Shown one piece after another: positions 41,421-52,900 of a stretch of 64,000 bases of DNA (positions are counted from its first letter, which is position 1; each line of letters begins with the position of its first letter). The position numbers and the translations under genes are program-made. Origin of the DNA: Candidatus Moanibacter sp. (GTDB taxonomy: Bacteria; Verrucomicrobiota; Verrucomicrobiia; Opitutales; UBA2987); NCBI GenBank assembly GCA_965215885.1, contig CBDCEW010000105.1, forward strand, positions 256,001-320,000, read 5' to 3'. The notes under the pieces are model-generated. The model was not told where the DNA came from, searched no databases, and worked only from the letters and a program-made list of their open reading frames with translations.

Positions 41421-42122
41421 ATGCAAGAAGAGCTTTCGCGTAAAGAGAGGGAGGTGGTCGAAGCGGTACGGCGGGATCGGGTAAGCACGGTGTGGAGGCT
41501 GATGAAGGAGCAGAGGGTGTCGCGGCGAACGGTCTATCGGGCTTTGCAAAAATATGGCCATTACTCCAGTTACAATGCCAATTGTGGCTACCTGAGCTTG
41601 AAAGGCATTCCGCGCTTTGACGGGGCCGGTTTGTGGCGTTTTCGCAAGGGGCGCTTTTCGCGCCACGGCACCTTGGAGGAGACCGTGGAGGCGGTGGTGG
41701 GAGCTTCGCTTTGCGGCTACACGGTGGCTGAGTTGGAGACCCTCCTTGGGGTACGGGTACACAACCCCATAAGCGTGCTTTGTAGAAAGAAGCGGTTGAG
41801 TCGATACTATGAAGGGCGTCACTGCGTGTATGTCTCGGCCGGGGAACAGGGCGGGGCCGAACAGAAAAAGCGGCGGCAAGGGCGAAGAACAGCGGCACAA
41901 GTTCAGGCAGGGGACCCCGGGGGCGCTTTGCAGGCAGCTCCCGAAGGGCTCGAAACGATGGTCGTGATCGCTTTGCTGGTCGCCTGTATCGGCCATCCCG
42001 AGGCCGGGGTCAAGGAGCTTGTCGAGCTTATGCAAGAGCAGGGAGTAGAGCTGAGCGGGGAGCAAATTGAGCGGGTGATGGCGTTTTACTCGCTCAAAAA
42101 AAAACCGGCCCGATCGCGGTAG
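41421..42122 (+). CDS. IS-B orfA, HTH-like DNA-binding protein
   Basis: VSRRTVYRAL HTH-like segment; A9 run at 42096-42104. Confidence 0.75.
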   Translation: MQEELSRKEREVVEAVRRDRVSTVWRLMKEQRVSRRTVYRALQKYGHYSSYNANCGYLSLKGIPRFDGAGLWRFRKGRFSRHGTLEETVEAVVGASLCGYTVAELETLLGVRVHNPISVLCRKKRLSRYYEGRHCVYVSAGEQGGAEQKKRRQGRRTAAQVQAGDPGGALQAAPEGLETMVVIALLVACIGHPEAGVKELVELMQEQGVELSGEQIERVMAFYSLKKKPARSR

Positions 42123-42139
42123 CGGAGCTGTTACATGAT

Positions 42140-43948
42140 TTGCGGGCAGAGGCTGAACGGGCCCTGCAAACGGTGGGGGCTGTGCCTGCGCAAACGAGTT
42201 ATCGCTTCGATGCCCGGGAGGACGAAGAGGGTCCTTCAGAGGTGCGCAAGACCCTGCGCCGCAAGGTGGTCAGTTTCTCCTATGGATGCTTCCAGGCGGT
42301 GGAAGTTGTGCGCGAGCAGGGGCAAGGGAGCCACCGCAACAGCTACCGTTCTGCTCGCCTGGAACAGATCGTGCCCTCGCATAGTCGCTACGCTTACGAT
42401 CTGATTGCCTATGTGGGCAAGCGATGTTTGTGCGAAAGCGCCACCCTCAAAGAGGTGCACAGGGAACTGCGCGAGGGCCCGGGGCAGCTGCAGATTGCTC
42501 AAAGCAGCCTCTATGAGATGCAGCAGAAGTTTCTTTTTTATCTGGGTCGGCTGCACGCCGCGGCCGCTCCGGTGCTTAAAGATTACCTGAGCGCTCGCCC
42601 TTGCCTGCGCTGGCTGGTGGATGGGACCGTGGAACCGCAGACGCCGGTTTTCTTCGCTGTTCAGGAAGCCGACGAAGGGATCCTTTTGGGCAGCTGGAAA
42701 ATGCCTTCCGAACAGAGCGAAACGATCAGTGGCTGTTTTGCCCGGGCTTTTGGCCAACCCCACCATGTCTATCATGATTTAAGCGCTCAGATCAGCAAGG
42801 CCTGCGAGAGCGAAACCTTCCAGGCCCCCCATGGCGTCTGCCATTATCATTTCGCCCGCAATGTGGGCGAACAGCTTTATCGAAAACCCCAGCAGATGCT
42901 CAACGGGCGCTTGCGGCAATTGAAGCTCATGGAGCGCATGCGCGAGCAACGCAAACACATCACCGCAAAGCTCCGTGACGCCCTCCGTGAAAAACACGCC
43001 CTCGTCCTGGCCGATTTGCTCACCGCCAAAGCGCTCGCAGTGCCCTTCGATCCCACCCTTGCACGGGAACTGCTCATGGCCCTGCAATTGTGGATTTTGG
43101 ATTATCCCTGCGACGGTCACCGCCAGGGCTTTCCCTTCGATCCTTACCTGCTTTATTGGCATCGGCGGGTCGTGCGCGCCCATGCCGCCCTGGAGCAGTG
43201 GCTTGCCCGCGCTCCTGCCAGTTGCTCTGTTCTGCGAAGCTTCTTTCATCTTTCGACCGGGTTGAAGCAGTATCTGGCTGATGCCCTCGTCATCGAAGCC
43301 GCTACTATCTATGAAAACGCTTTTTGCATTTTCAGCGCTTTGCGCGATGCCCTTTGGCTCAGCGCCAGCGGCCCCTGCCCTTTAAGCGACCCTTATCTGT
43401 TGCAAGCAGGACAAGCCGCTGAGCTCACCGAGGCTCTCCAGTTGCTGCGTGCCCAATATCGCCAAAAAGGCGCCTCCCTGACCAACCCCTCGAAAGCCAA
43501 ACTCTACCGCACCGTGGTCACTCATCTGGACAAATACTGGCAGCGGCTGCTTCCCCCACCGGCCCATCCAGACAGCGTACGCACGACCAATGAGCTGGAA
43601 GGCACCTGGCGCACCTCCAAGCGCAAACGCCGTCAAACCCACGGGCGCAAAAATCTGACGCGCGACTTTGAAGCGCTCCCCGAAGAATACATGCTCCTGC
43701 CCAACTTACACAATCCCCGCTATGTGGAGCTGGTTTTAGGCAGTATCGATAATCTGCCCCAAAAGCTTGCCCAGGCTGCACAGAAAGCACCCCCCTTCAG
43801 TCACTGGCGGGCGAACAGAAAAACCCTCGCCGTGGGTCGATTGCCCAAAAAGCTCCTGCGAAAAGAAAACTTCCTTGAGGAACTCTTCGAAGTCTGTAAT
43901 CGCCAGGATCAATCCTTAAACCCGCAACCCCATCGGATTGCCTCCTGA
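42140..43948 (+). CDS. IS-B orfB, Mutator/IS256-like DDE transposase (probably translated by -1 frameshift from orfA)
   Basis: LVDGT, YHDLS, CHYH, RTTNELEG; frame is open back to the A9 run. Confidence 0.78.
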   Translation: MRAEAERALQTVGAVPAQTSYRFDAREDEEGPSEVRKTLRRKVVSFSYGCFQAVEVVREQGQGSHRNSYRSARLEQIVPSHSRYAYDLIAYVGKRCLCESATLKEVHRELREGPGQLQIAQSSLYEMQQKFLFYLGRLHAAAAPVLKDYLSARPCLRWLVDGTVEPQTPVFFAVQEADEGILLGSWKMPSEQSETISGCFARAFGQPHHVYHDLSAQISKACESETFQAPHGVCHYHFARNVGEQLYRKPQQMLNGRLRQLKLMERMREQRKHITAKLRDALREKHALVLADLLTAKALAVPFDPTLARELLMALQLWILDYPCDGHRQGFPFDPYLLYWHRRVVRAHAALEQWLARAPASCSVLRSFFHLSTGLKQYLADALVIEAATIYENAFCIFSALRDALWLSASGPCPLSDPYLLQAGQAAELTEALQLLRAQYRQKGASLTNPSKAKLYRTVVTHLDKYWQRLLPPPAHPDSVRTTNELEGTWRTSKRKRRQTHGRKNLTRDFEALPEEYMLLPNLHNPRYVELVLGSIDNLPQKLAQAAQKAPPFSHWRANRKTLAVGRLPKKLLRKENFLEELFEVCNRQDQSLNPQPHRIAS

Positions 43949-44183
43949 CAACGACTCCAGTGCCCTCCCTCTGCTCCCCATTTTCTTCATGCTCTAACCA
44001 GAGAACTCCACGCAATTTGCGTGCCAACCGAAATTCAGAACGATGGGCACAAGACCGGGGCAGCCAGCAATCAAGGGCACGCTAAATGCGTCAACTTCAA
44101 CTTCCTCATAAACGGTATGCGCTCCCATATTACTCGAGTCTGTAAATACCACCACACGTCTTCTTAGGGAAATTGGAGATTTC

Positions 44184-45746
44184 ATGGAGAGTTGGGCACA
44201 GAAGACCCTTCGACAACTTACGATCGAGCAAAAGTTAGGCCAGCTTATGGTCTCCTATATGGATGACGAGGGCGACATCCGCGAGCTGGCACGCAAGGGT
44301 GCCCTCGGGGGCCTCTATAGTGTCGGCTCCACGACGGTCAGAGGGGCGGCTGAATGGATCAGAGATCTTCAGAAGGAATCGCAGATCCCCTTGTTGATCT
44401 GTTCGGATTTCGAATACGGCAACACCTTCGAGGGTGGAACCGACCTACCATCGAGCCTGGCAATCGGCGCCACCGGAGATCCGGAACTTGCCCGCGAGGC
44501 AGGCCGGATGACGGCACGTGAAGTGAAGGCGATGGGCTTTCGCTTTATGGGCTCCCCCGTTTGCGACATCAATACGAACCCGCTAAACCCTATCATCAAC
44601 ATCCGCTCCTACGGGGAGACGAAGGAGAGGGTGAGCGAGATGGCGGTGGCCTACATGGAAGGAGTCCAGGGGGAAGGGGTCTGTGCCTGCCTTAAACATT
44701 TCCCAGGACATGGAGATACCGAGGAAGACTCCCATCGAATGCTACCGAGACTCTCTCATGACAGGGAGAGGATGGAGGACGTTGAACTAGCGCCCTTCGC
44801 GGCCGGCATCGCCGCGGGTGTTAAATGCGTCATGACCAGCCACATCATCATTGAAGCGCTTGATTCGGAACACCCTGCTACCATGTCCCGCCCGGTATTG
44901 CACGGTTTGTTGCGGGAGAGAATGGGCTTCCGCGGCATCATCATAAGCGACGCCATGGCCATGCATGCCATCGCTCACAACTATGCGTTTGACGAGGCTG
45001 CGGGCCTGGCGATCCAGGCCGGATGCGATGCCATCATTCCAAGCGAGTCGATGCGCACCTTTGATTCCTTGAAGAAAGCCTATCGCGACGGGGTAATCAG
45101 CCAGACGAGAATTGACGAGTCGGTCATGCGTATTCTCGCGGCTAAGGAGGAGCTGGGCCTCGTCGGTACCTTGCCCGACCCGGCTGAGGCTGAGCAAGTC
45201 GTCGCAGATCCCGAGCATGCAGCTCTGGCCCGCAGAATCGCCGCAGCTTCAATCGCCCCCCTTGCGGATTCTGACCACCTGTTGCCTCTCACCACTGATA
45301 GAGCCGGTAGAACCGGGGTTATTATCGTTTCCAATTACGAAATTGAGCGGGTGGATAAGGATGAATGGAGGGGTTTCGAGGATGCCCTTCGAGACAGGCT
45401 TCCCATCAGCGAAGTATATTATGCAACTCCGACCTCGATCCCTCAGGTCGATACCGATAGGTTTGATACGCTTCTCGTCGGCCTCTTCATCCAGTTGAAG
45501 GCCTACAATCCCTATAGTGGAAGTCTTCCGGATGCTCCCAGAACCCTTATCGAAGGCCTATTCAGGAAAGCGCAAAACGTCTTTCTCCTCTCCTTCGGGA
45601 GCCCTTATCCCATAGCCCAAATTTCCGGGCTTAGAGGAGGTCTGTGCGCTTTCAGCGACTCCCGGGTTTCGATCGAGGCCGCAGTGGGCGTCCTCACCGG
45701 AGAAATTCCGGCAAAGGGGGAAATTCCCCCGAGTTTGAAGCGTTAA
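44184..45746 (+). CDS. GH3 beta-N-acetylhexosaminidase (NagZ-like)
   Basis: DFEYG, PIINIRSYG, KHFPGHGDTEEDSH, ISDAMAM. Confidence 0.92.
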   Translation: MESWAQKTLRQLTIEQKLGQLMVSYMDDEGDIRELARKGALGGLYSVGSTTVRGAAEWIRDLQKESQIPLLICSDFEYGNTFEGGTDLPSSLAIGATGDPELAREAGRMTAREVKAMGFRFMGSPVCDINTNPLNPIINIRSYGETKERVSEMAVAYMEGVQGEGVCACLKHFPGHGDTEEDSHRMLPRLSHDRERMEDVELAPFAAGIAAGVKCVMTSHIIIEALDSEHPATMSRPVLHGLLRERMGFRGIIISDAMAMHAIAHNYAFDEAAGLAIQAGCDAIIPSESMRTFDSLKKAYRDGVISQTRIDESVMRILAAKEELGLVGTLPDPAEAEQVVADPEHAALARRIAAASIAPLADSDHLLPLTTDRAGRTGVIIVSNYEIERVDKDEWRGFEDALRDRLPISEVYYATPTSIPQVDTDRFDTLLVGLFIQLKAYNPYSGSLPDAPRTLIEGLFRKAQNVFLLSFGSPYPIAQISGLRGGLCAFSDSRVSIEAAVGVLTGEIPAKGEIPPSLKR

Positions 45747-45929
45747 CCCGAAAATCTCACAGATTTTCGGGTTAATTGTGCAACCTCATGCAAATTGGAC
45801 TGCTCCTATGTTCGTATTTCGGCGAAATACGAACATAGATCCGACTTTATCCAAGTCTGAATTCCGGTATCGAGAGATGGATTCTTCTTGATTCACTGAT
45901 CAAGAACCCATTCGTTCCCAATCTGAAGG

Positions 45930-46536
45930 ATGGTTACGGCAGATCAATTTAAAGACGATTATGAGACCGACACCGGGCATCAAGGTGTGCCCTACAGTGA
46001 AGACGAGACGGCAAAACTGGTAGAGACGTTTCATAGGGAGGGATGGATACATTTGGGGAATATCCTGACGCCTGGGGAAGTGGATGCCTTGAAGGGGGCG
46101 ATGATCAGGAAGTACGACGACAGGCGACTGCAGGATGACGAGGAGGGTGACCATATCCGGGGCCCCATCCTCATGCGCATGTTTGAATACCACCAGTCGT
46201 TCAGGGATCTCATCGAGCGTGAACCGGTCGTCAGTCTAGCCGAGTCAATATTGGGTGACGACTGCCACGTGATGTCCCAGAACGCGATGCGGACCGCACT
46301 CGATTATCGCCAGAGCCGGAGATGCCTACATCTTCCACAACCAGGTATGGCATCGCGGCGCCCTGAACCAATCAGATCGTGTACGTTACGTCGCGACCAT
46401 AGTCTACAGCCGGCGGTTCATCGCACAACGATTCTATCCGTTTCTGAATTACCGGATGCCGGACCATGTCTTCGAAGGCGCCGATGACCGGTTGCTTCGC
46501 CTTCTCGGGAAACATGCCAAAGGTGCTTACGGATGA
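45930..46536 (+). pseudogene. Phytanoyl-CoA dioxygenase-family gene with internal deletion
   Basis: N-part FHREGW..LGDDCH; C-part in another frame AGDAYIFHNQVWHRG..IAQRF; central HxD region absent. Confidence 0.78.
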
Positions 46537-46622
46537 ATACTCTCCGTCCCGGCATGCCGGGACGGGGAATTACCGAGTAAAATTATATCCAAGGATCAGC
46601 ACAGGATGAAGGAAGAGAGCGC

Positions 46623-47474
46623 ATGAACACAGGAGAATTTCGCTATGAAGTCGTTGAGGGCTGGGGGCTGGGTCCGGAAGGAAGGGCTATGGGTGGCGTT
46701 GTTCCAGGCGTCGCAGTCGACTCCGGCGGCCGTGTTTTTCTCAGTCGTCGCGAACCTTCTGCGATACTGGTTTACAATTCTGAGGGCCATTACCTCGATA
46801 CCTGGGGCTTAGAAATCGTGGCCAATCCTCACTTGCTCTGGATCGATTCCAACGATCACCTTTACTGCGCCTGCTGTGATGACCACACCGTCCGCAGGTT
46901 CGATCCCGATGGGCGCCTCGTCGAGACTTTGGGCACGCCCGGCCAATCCGGGGATCCCGGCATGCCTTTTAATATGCCTACCAGAGCTATGCGCGCCCCT
47001 TCCGGAGACCTTTATGTTTCCGACGGCTATGGCCAGCACCGCGTTCAGCGCCTGGATTCGAATGGCAATCTGCTCGGTGGCTGGGGCGAAGAAGGAAAAG
47101 AAACGGGACAGTTCGCCCTTCCCCACAGCCTCTGGGTCGACCGCCGGAACCGCGTCTGGGTGGTCGACCGGGAAAACCACCGCATCCAGATATTTGATGC
47201 TCAGGGAGCTTTTCTCGACCAGTGGACCGACCTAACCCTGCCCATGGACCTCTACATCGATTCAGACGACATCGTCTATGTTTCCGAAGCTCACAGCCGG
47301 ATCAGCATTTTCAATATTGAGGGCGAACTCCTGGCGCGCTGGGGCGAGGATGGTGAGGCCCCCGGGCAATTCGCCGACGCACCACATGGCATCTGGGTCG
47401 ACGCCGTGGGCGACCTCTACGTCACGGAAGTGGCGACACTCCACAACCGTGTGCAGAAATTCAGACGAATTTAA
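46623..47474 (+). CDS. NHL-repeat beta-propeller (PAL-like)
   Basis: YVSDGYGQHRV, GQFALPHSL, VVDRENHRIQIFD repeats. Confidence 0.9.
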   Translation: MNTGEFRYEVVEGWGLGPEGRAMGGVVPGVAVDSGGRVFLSRREPSAILVYNSEGHYLDTWGLEIVANPHLLWIDSNDHLYCACCDDHTVRRFDPDGRLVETLGTPGQSGDPGMPFNMPTRAMRAPSGDLYVSDGYGQHRVQRLDSNGNLLGGWGEEGKETGQFALPHSLWVDRRNRVWVVDRENHRIQIFDAQGAFLDQWTDLTLPMDLYIDSDDIVYVSEAHSRISIFNIEGELLARWGEDGEAPGQFADAPHGIWVDAVGDLYVTEVATLHNRVQKFRRI

Positions 47475-48410
47475 ATGATTCTACGAACATACGGCCGTTC
47501 AGGTCTGGAAGTCTCCGCTCTGGCTTTCGGTAGCTGGCCGATCGCGGGCATCGGGTGGAGCAATGTGAACGAGAAGGATTCCATCGCCACTATTCAACAG
47601 GCACTGGATCTGGGCATAAACTTCATAGACACGGCCTACATGTATGGAGAGAGCGGCGAATCGGAGACCCTTGTTGGGAAAGCGATCGCAGGACGGCGGG
47701 ACGAGGCCATTGTCGCCACCAAATGCGGAGTACACTGGAAAAATGGGGAAACGGTGCGCGACAGCTCTCCAGAGAGAATCAGGCGGGATATTGAGGAGAG
47801 TCTGCGCCGTTTGAACACCGATGTTATTGATCTCTATCAGGTGCATGCGCCTTGCCAGAGAACCCCATTAGAAAAGACGGCGGAGACCATGGGATCGCTT
47901 CTCAAGGAAGGAAAGATCCGTGCAGTCGGAGTGAGCAATTACACTGTCGAGCAGATGAAGACATTTTCCACGGTCACGCCCATCCAATCCCTGCAGCCGC
48001 GCTACAGTATGATCGATCGGAAAATTGAGAAGGAGATCGTTCCCTACTGCCTTGTGCAGAACATTGGAATATGTGTATACTGCCCCCTCGAGCGGGGCCT
48101 GCTCACGGATCGCATTAAACCGGCCCATGAATATCCGCCCGAGGATGCCCGCCACACTGAACCCGCCTTCAAAGGAGGGGAGTTTTTTCGCACCAGGACC
48201 ATGAACGAAGCGCTGCGGGCGATCGCCCGGGAATGTGATGTCACCCTAACTCAACTCGTCCTCAACTGGACCGTGCATCAGCCCGGCATAACGGTGGCGA
48301 TCGTCGGCGCGACGCGGCCCCATCAAGTCGTCGAGAACGCCAAAGCGCTCGACTTCGAACTCACGGAAGAGCAGATGAAGAGAATCAACGATATCGTTGA
48401 ATCTCGATAG
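47475..48410 (+). CDS. Aldo/keto reductase
   Basis: GINFIDTAYMYG, IVATKCG, IDLYQVH, GKIRAVGVSN. Confidence 0.94.
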   Translation: MILRTYGRSGLEVSALAFGSWPIAGIGWSNVNEKDSIATIQQALDLGINFIDTAYMYGESGESETLVGKAIAGRRDEAIVATKCGVHWKNGETVRDSSPERIRRDIEESLRRLNTDVIDLYQVHAPCQRTPLEKTAETMGSLLKEGKIRAVGVSNYTVEQMKTFSTVTPIQSLQPRYSMIDRKIEKEIVPYCLVQNIGICVYCPLERGLLTDRIKPAHEYPPEDARHTEPAFKGGEFFRTRTMNEALRAIARECDVTLTQLVLNWTVHQPGITVAIVGATRPHQVVENAKALDFELTEEQMKRINDIVESR

Positions 48411-48620
48411 AGAATCGATCAATATGGCAACGGATCAAAGGGCTGCAACTGATAGAGAGGGACCGTGCCGTACGGCACGGCCGGCGCGCCAGTACTCCGC
48501 AGTACCAAAGATTCGAGGAAACCGCGGATTGAAACTGGATTTCACAACGGACGGTGGGGGGTCAGTGCTTCCTCAGCCCTAATATCCTTCACGAACCAAA
48601 GCGTATTCACAGTCTGACGC

Positions 48621-48760
48621 GAATGGCGCTAAGTTAGGGGATCCTATCGCTCGCAAGCGAGCTTCCTGCGAATTGCGTAAGCTGTTGTAGGAAGGCCGCT
48701 TGCGGCCGAACCCGACTGTCACCCGATCTTTCGATTATGTCCCTTATCTTAGCGCCATTC
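48621..48760. mobile_element. IS4-type MITE (140 bp), 11-bp TSD CAGTCTGACGC
   Basis: TIRs GAATGGCGCTAAG / CTTAGCGCCATTC; TSD 48610-48620 and 48761-48771. Confidence 0.88.
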
Positions 48761-49036
48761 CAGTCTGACGCTGGCATCATACCCAACGTATCTCTTGGCT
48801 ACTAACCAGAAAATTTCACAGACGCCTTTGCAGCAGACCGGAATGGGATCAGACGCAAGTGGCATTTCTTGAATCGCAAACCAACGGTTAAGTAACAAAA
48901 AGCTTGCGCGCTTTTCCTGAACCTTATCATCGTATTGCTGTTGAGGTCGCGTTTCGATTCGGCGTAACAGGGAATGTCCTGGACGTGCGAGTCAGCCGTT
49001 TTACCTATACTGGAATAGCAAAATCTGGAGGCACGT

Positions 49037-49936
49037 ATGAAAAAAGAGAAATTAACACACTGGCTATTGGAGCGGAAGACACCGTTATTTATGATCTTTG
49101 CGACATTGGGAGGATTGCTTCTGATGATTCCCACTGCCAGGGGGACGACCGGAACATTGTCGATATCATCGAGTACAGTGCTCACGGAAGACCATTTCGG
49201 AAACATCGGCATAGATGCCGACGAAATTACGTTTGATTGTGACGGCTACGCCGTTTCCGGCTCGGGTTCAGGTCTTGGAATCGCCCTAATCGGCAGGTCC
49301 AGGGTCACGGTAAGTAATTGTCATGTCGAAGCCTTCAACATCGGCATATTCCTCAGCGCTTCCTCGGGCAATTTCCTGGAGGATAATACGGCCAGCGGAA
49401 ACAGTGTTTTCGCTTTCTTGCTTGCCGCTGGATCGAACAGCAACTCGTTAGAGGAAAACGCTGCTCAAGGAAACGATGGCGACGGTTTCCTTATCTCCAA
49501 CTCCTCCAATGGTAATTTCCTTGAAGGGAACATCGCCGAAGAGAACAAGATTGGGTTTCTTGTGTTCAGTGATTCGGATCACAATATTTTTGAAGGGAAC
49601 ACCGCAAGAAACAACGCGGAGAACGGATTTCAGACATTCTTATCCCACAACAACGTATTTTGGAAAAACGTCTCCAATGATAACGGATTCGGCGGGTTCT
49701 TCCTCCTCGATTCGAACTTCAACCGATTAACGGAGAATTCCACCAGCGGAAACGTAATATTCGGCGGGATCGACCTGACGCGATCTCACGACAATATTCT
49801 GAAAGAGAACGTGTCGAAAAATAATGGCGCAGGCGGCAGCGGTTTTGGCGGGTATTTCTTGGCTACATCCGATTTTAATCGTCTCGAGAAAAATGTCGCC
49901 ACGAAAAACACAGTGTTCGACGGCTTTGCAGGGTAA
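49037..49936 (+). pseudogene. NosD-like right-handed beta-helix protein, truncated by ISAs1
   Basis: Repeats of GF.L..S..N....N.A..N; stop codon lies in the IS end. Confidence 0.78.
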
Positions 49937-52900
49937 AAGGATTCCAGGAAGCAACTAGCTGATAAGCAAGAAGATAAAAAAAGAGCTAAACAAACCCGAG
50001 GGAATCAGTCATGTTAAGATGGGATGAAAGACAAAAAATCTTACCAACTGAATCCTTCGATAGATCGTTTAACTCTGCGTCTGGTCCTGCCCGAAGAGCA
50101 GGAGCGATTCAATGATCTATTGAAACAACATCATTATTTACACAGTGCGGGCAGCGCAGGAGAGACCCTGCGCTATGTGGCGCAGATCGACGGGCAATGG
50201 ATGGGCCTGCTCTTGTGGGGGGCCGCATCCTACCGGCTGAAGGATCGAGACGAATGGATCGGGTGGGACGGGGCGCAACGGCATGCACGATTGAAACTGG
50301 TAGTACAGAACCGGCGTTTTCTGATTTTGCCCGGGGTGGATCTTGCAAATTTGGCCTCCAAGACGTTGGGTATGTGCCTGAGAGTCTTAGCCGATCACTG
50401 GCAGGAGGCTTTTGGCTATCGTCCCTTAGTAGCGGAAACGTTCGTGGACCCACAGATTCACCGGGGCACTTGCTACGAAGCGAGCGGGTGGACGCCCTTG
50501 GGCTTGAGCGCGGGATATGGCCGCCAACGCGAAGATTTCTATCAACGCCATGAGCGTCCCAAGCAGATCTGGGTCAAACCCCTCAAGGCTAATGCCCTTG
50601 AGCTTTTGCGCGCTTCAGGGCCATTGCCCGCGGCACAGAGCCAGGCGCTCAATGAAACCGATAACTCCCATGCGGTCTGCCTCAAAGTGGAACAGATGAG
50701 CAGCCTGTGGGAACGCTTCAATCAGATAGAAGACTTCCGTCGTAAAGCGGGCCTTAGATATCGGCTCGCCACGGTCCTGAGCATGATTGTGCTCGGCACG
50801 ATGTGCGGCAAACAGACCCTCAAGGGCATCGTGCGCCTGGCCCATCATCTCAATCAAGCCCAATTGCGCGCCTTACGCTCCTGGAAAAACCCCAAAACAG
50901 GCCGCTATAAGGCCCCTTGCTATGATGTCTTCTATCGGGTCTTGCAAAACGTAAAGGCCGAGCTCTTCGATAAAACCCTCACCGAATTCATCTGCTTACA
51001 AGACGGCTGTTTGCCCCGCGATATTGCCGTCGACGGCAAGACCCTCAAAGGCACAAACACCGAAGAATCAAAGGCTCTGCACCTGGTGGCCGCAGTCGAT
51101 CACCAAAGCGCTCAAACCTTAGCCCAAGTCGCTACCGCCGATAAATCCAACGAGATCACCGCCGCCCAGACTCTCTTGCGAAAGATGCCCATTTTGGACG
51201 GCTCCACCTTCACCTTCGACGCCATGCATAATCAAAAAGAAACTGCCCACATCGTCGTCGAAGAACTCAGTGCTGACTATGTTATTCAAATTAAAGACAA
51301 TCAGCCCAACATGCATCAATACGCTCAGAATCTCTTCAGCTCCACCCCCTTTTTCTCCACCAACTCTGACTTTTGTGGATGTAACGACTTCCCATCCCCT
51401 ATCATCATATACCACTAAAGCCGAAGCAAGCTTCGGGGAATGAACCGTGGACAATGACCATGGGCGACTCGAAATACGTCAAATAGCAACCCATTCTCTA
51501 AGCGCTCCCTCTGCCGGCCTGCCCCATGCCCGCCAGTTCGCCTGTGTGCAACGCACCTTCCATTATCCAAACAAAGCTGAACCTTCCTCTGAACGCTCTT
51601 ACTAGACCCCATTCGAAAAGCCTTTCGAGCGGGCGGTTTAAGGTTCTCCGCCACGGGCGGACCAGCCTATGGCTGGCAGGTTTCGGGTTTTAGGCTGCCG
51701 GCGCTGCCGATGAGCAGGTATTGAGCGGCCATCGGCGTGGCTTGCTGCACAATACGTATATTTGCCGCTGTCTGGAGGCATACTCATCCCGTGGTGCTTT
51801 TTTCTCTGAGCTTCAAAGCGGTCAGATTCAGGCTGCCTGTTCCAGTTCCTCCCCTCGGCGTTTCTTCATCAGTATGATGCGGCAGAAGTTGTAGGCCAGA
51901 ACCTTCTCGAGCAGTTCATCGCCTACCGCATCGATGCCGCGGCGGCCGAGTTCGCCAAAGGCAAATCCATCTTTAATCGTGAACATCAGCGACTCCACTG
52001 CGGAGCGATCGCGGCGTGCCTCGCGATACGCCTCGCTCTCCCAGTCCTCGGGGGTGGTCAACTTCTTGCCCTTCGCCCCACTGATACTGATCTGCTTTAC
52101 CCCCATGCTCAGCACCTCCTTGCGTCCCTTCGCCGAAGCATATCCGTCATCGGTGCTGACCAGTTCAGCAATGACACCGGTGCGCTTGATCGAATCGCCG
52201 ATGGCCGGCGCCAGCTCAATGGAGTCTGCCGCGTTGCCTTGCGGTACGATCAGGCTGGTGACAAAACCGTTTTCGCTGCGAACCAGTTGTGGCTTGTACC
52301 CGATCACTGGATTGCGGCTGCCCTTCTTGATGTAGGCCGCCGATCCGTCCGAGAGGCTCAGGACCTTCTGTGTGGACGGTAGCTTCTTTTCGTGAAACAC
52401 CCGATCATGAGCATACTCAACAACCCGCTTGGCGTCGGCAATATCGCCCCTGATCTGGCTCAATGCCCGCTCCAGAAGCTCCCGGCGAGTGGGAGGCAGT
52501 GAATCCATCGACAGGCCCTCTTCAAGATGGCTCAGTTCCCCCGTTAGTGAGTCGGCCGCCTTGCGGCCCCGCTTGAGCAACCGCCGGTAGTGTTTCTTCA
52601 GCTTGCCCTTCGACTTCGGTTTGCCCGCGGCCAGACAAATCTGAAACTCCAGCTTGTCCATTTCCTCCAGCCAACGCCCAACCCATCCCTTGCGAAAATC
52701 CTCCAGCCCGAAGACATGCAACTTCTGACCCAAACGATTGGCCCGCATCAAAAGACCGCTCAGAATCTTCCCATCGGTGGGCCAGCAGCTGTTTGCTTTC
52801 ACCGAGGTGCTGTCGATCGTCAGCTTCCCGAAATCGTCCCATTGCTCCTGGAGGATAAACCCAATCTGTTTATCAAAGATCAACTCGCGGGTCGTATGGC

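Larger units (their letters stand above)
41099..44046 (+). mobile_element. IS-B, complete unclassified IS (2948 bp), 9-bp TSD GCACAAGAC
   Basis: 23-bp TIRs (17/23 match) CCATAATTACGAAATTGGGTTGG / CCATCGTTCTGAATTTCGGTTGG; TSD 41090-41098 and 44047-44055 (11 bp if the ends are CAT). Confidence 0.9.

Noticed and set aside
50024..50640. Druantia anti-phage system
   Set aside because: The DruA-like domain is fused to an ISAs1 transposase and no DruE-type helicase or partner genes are present
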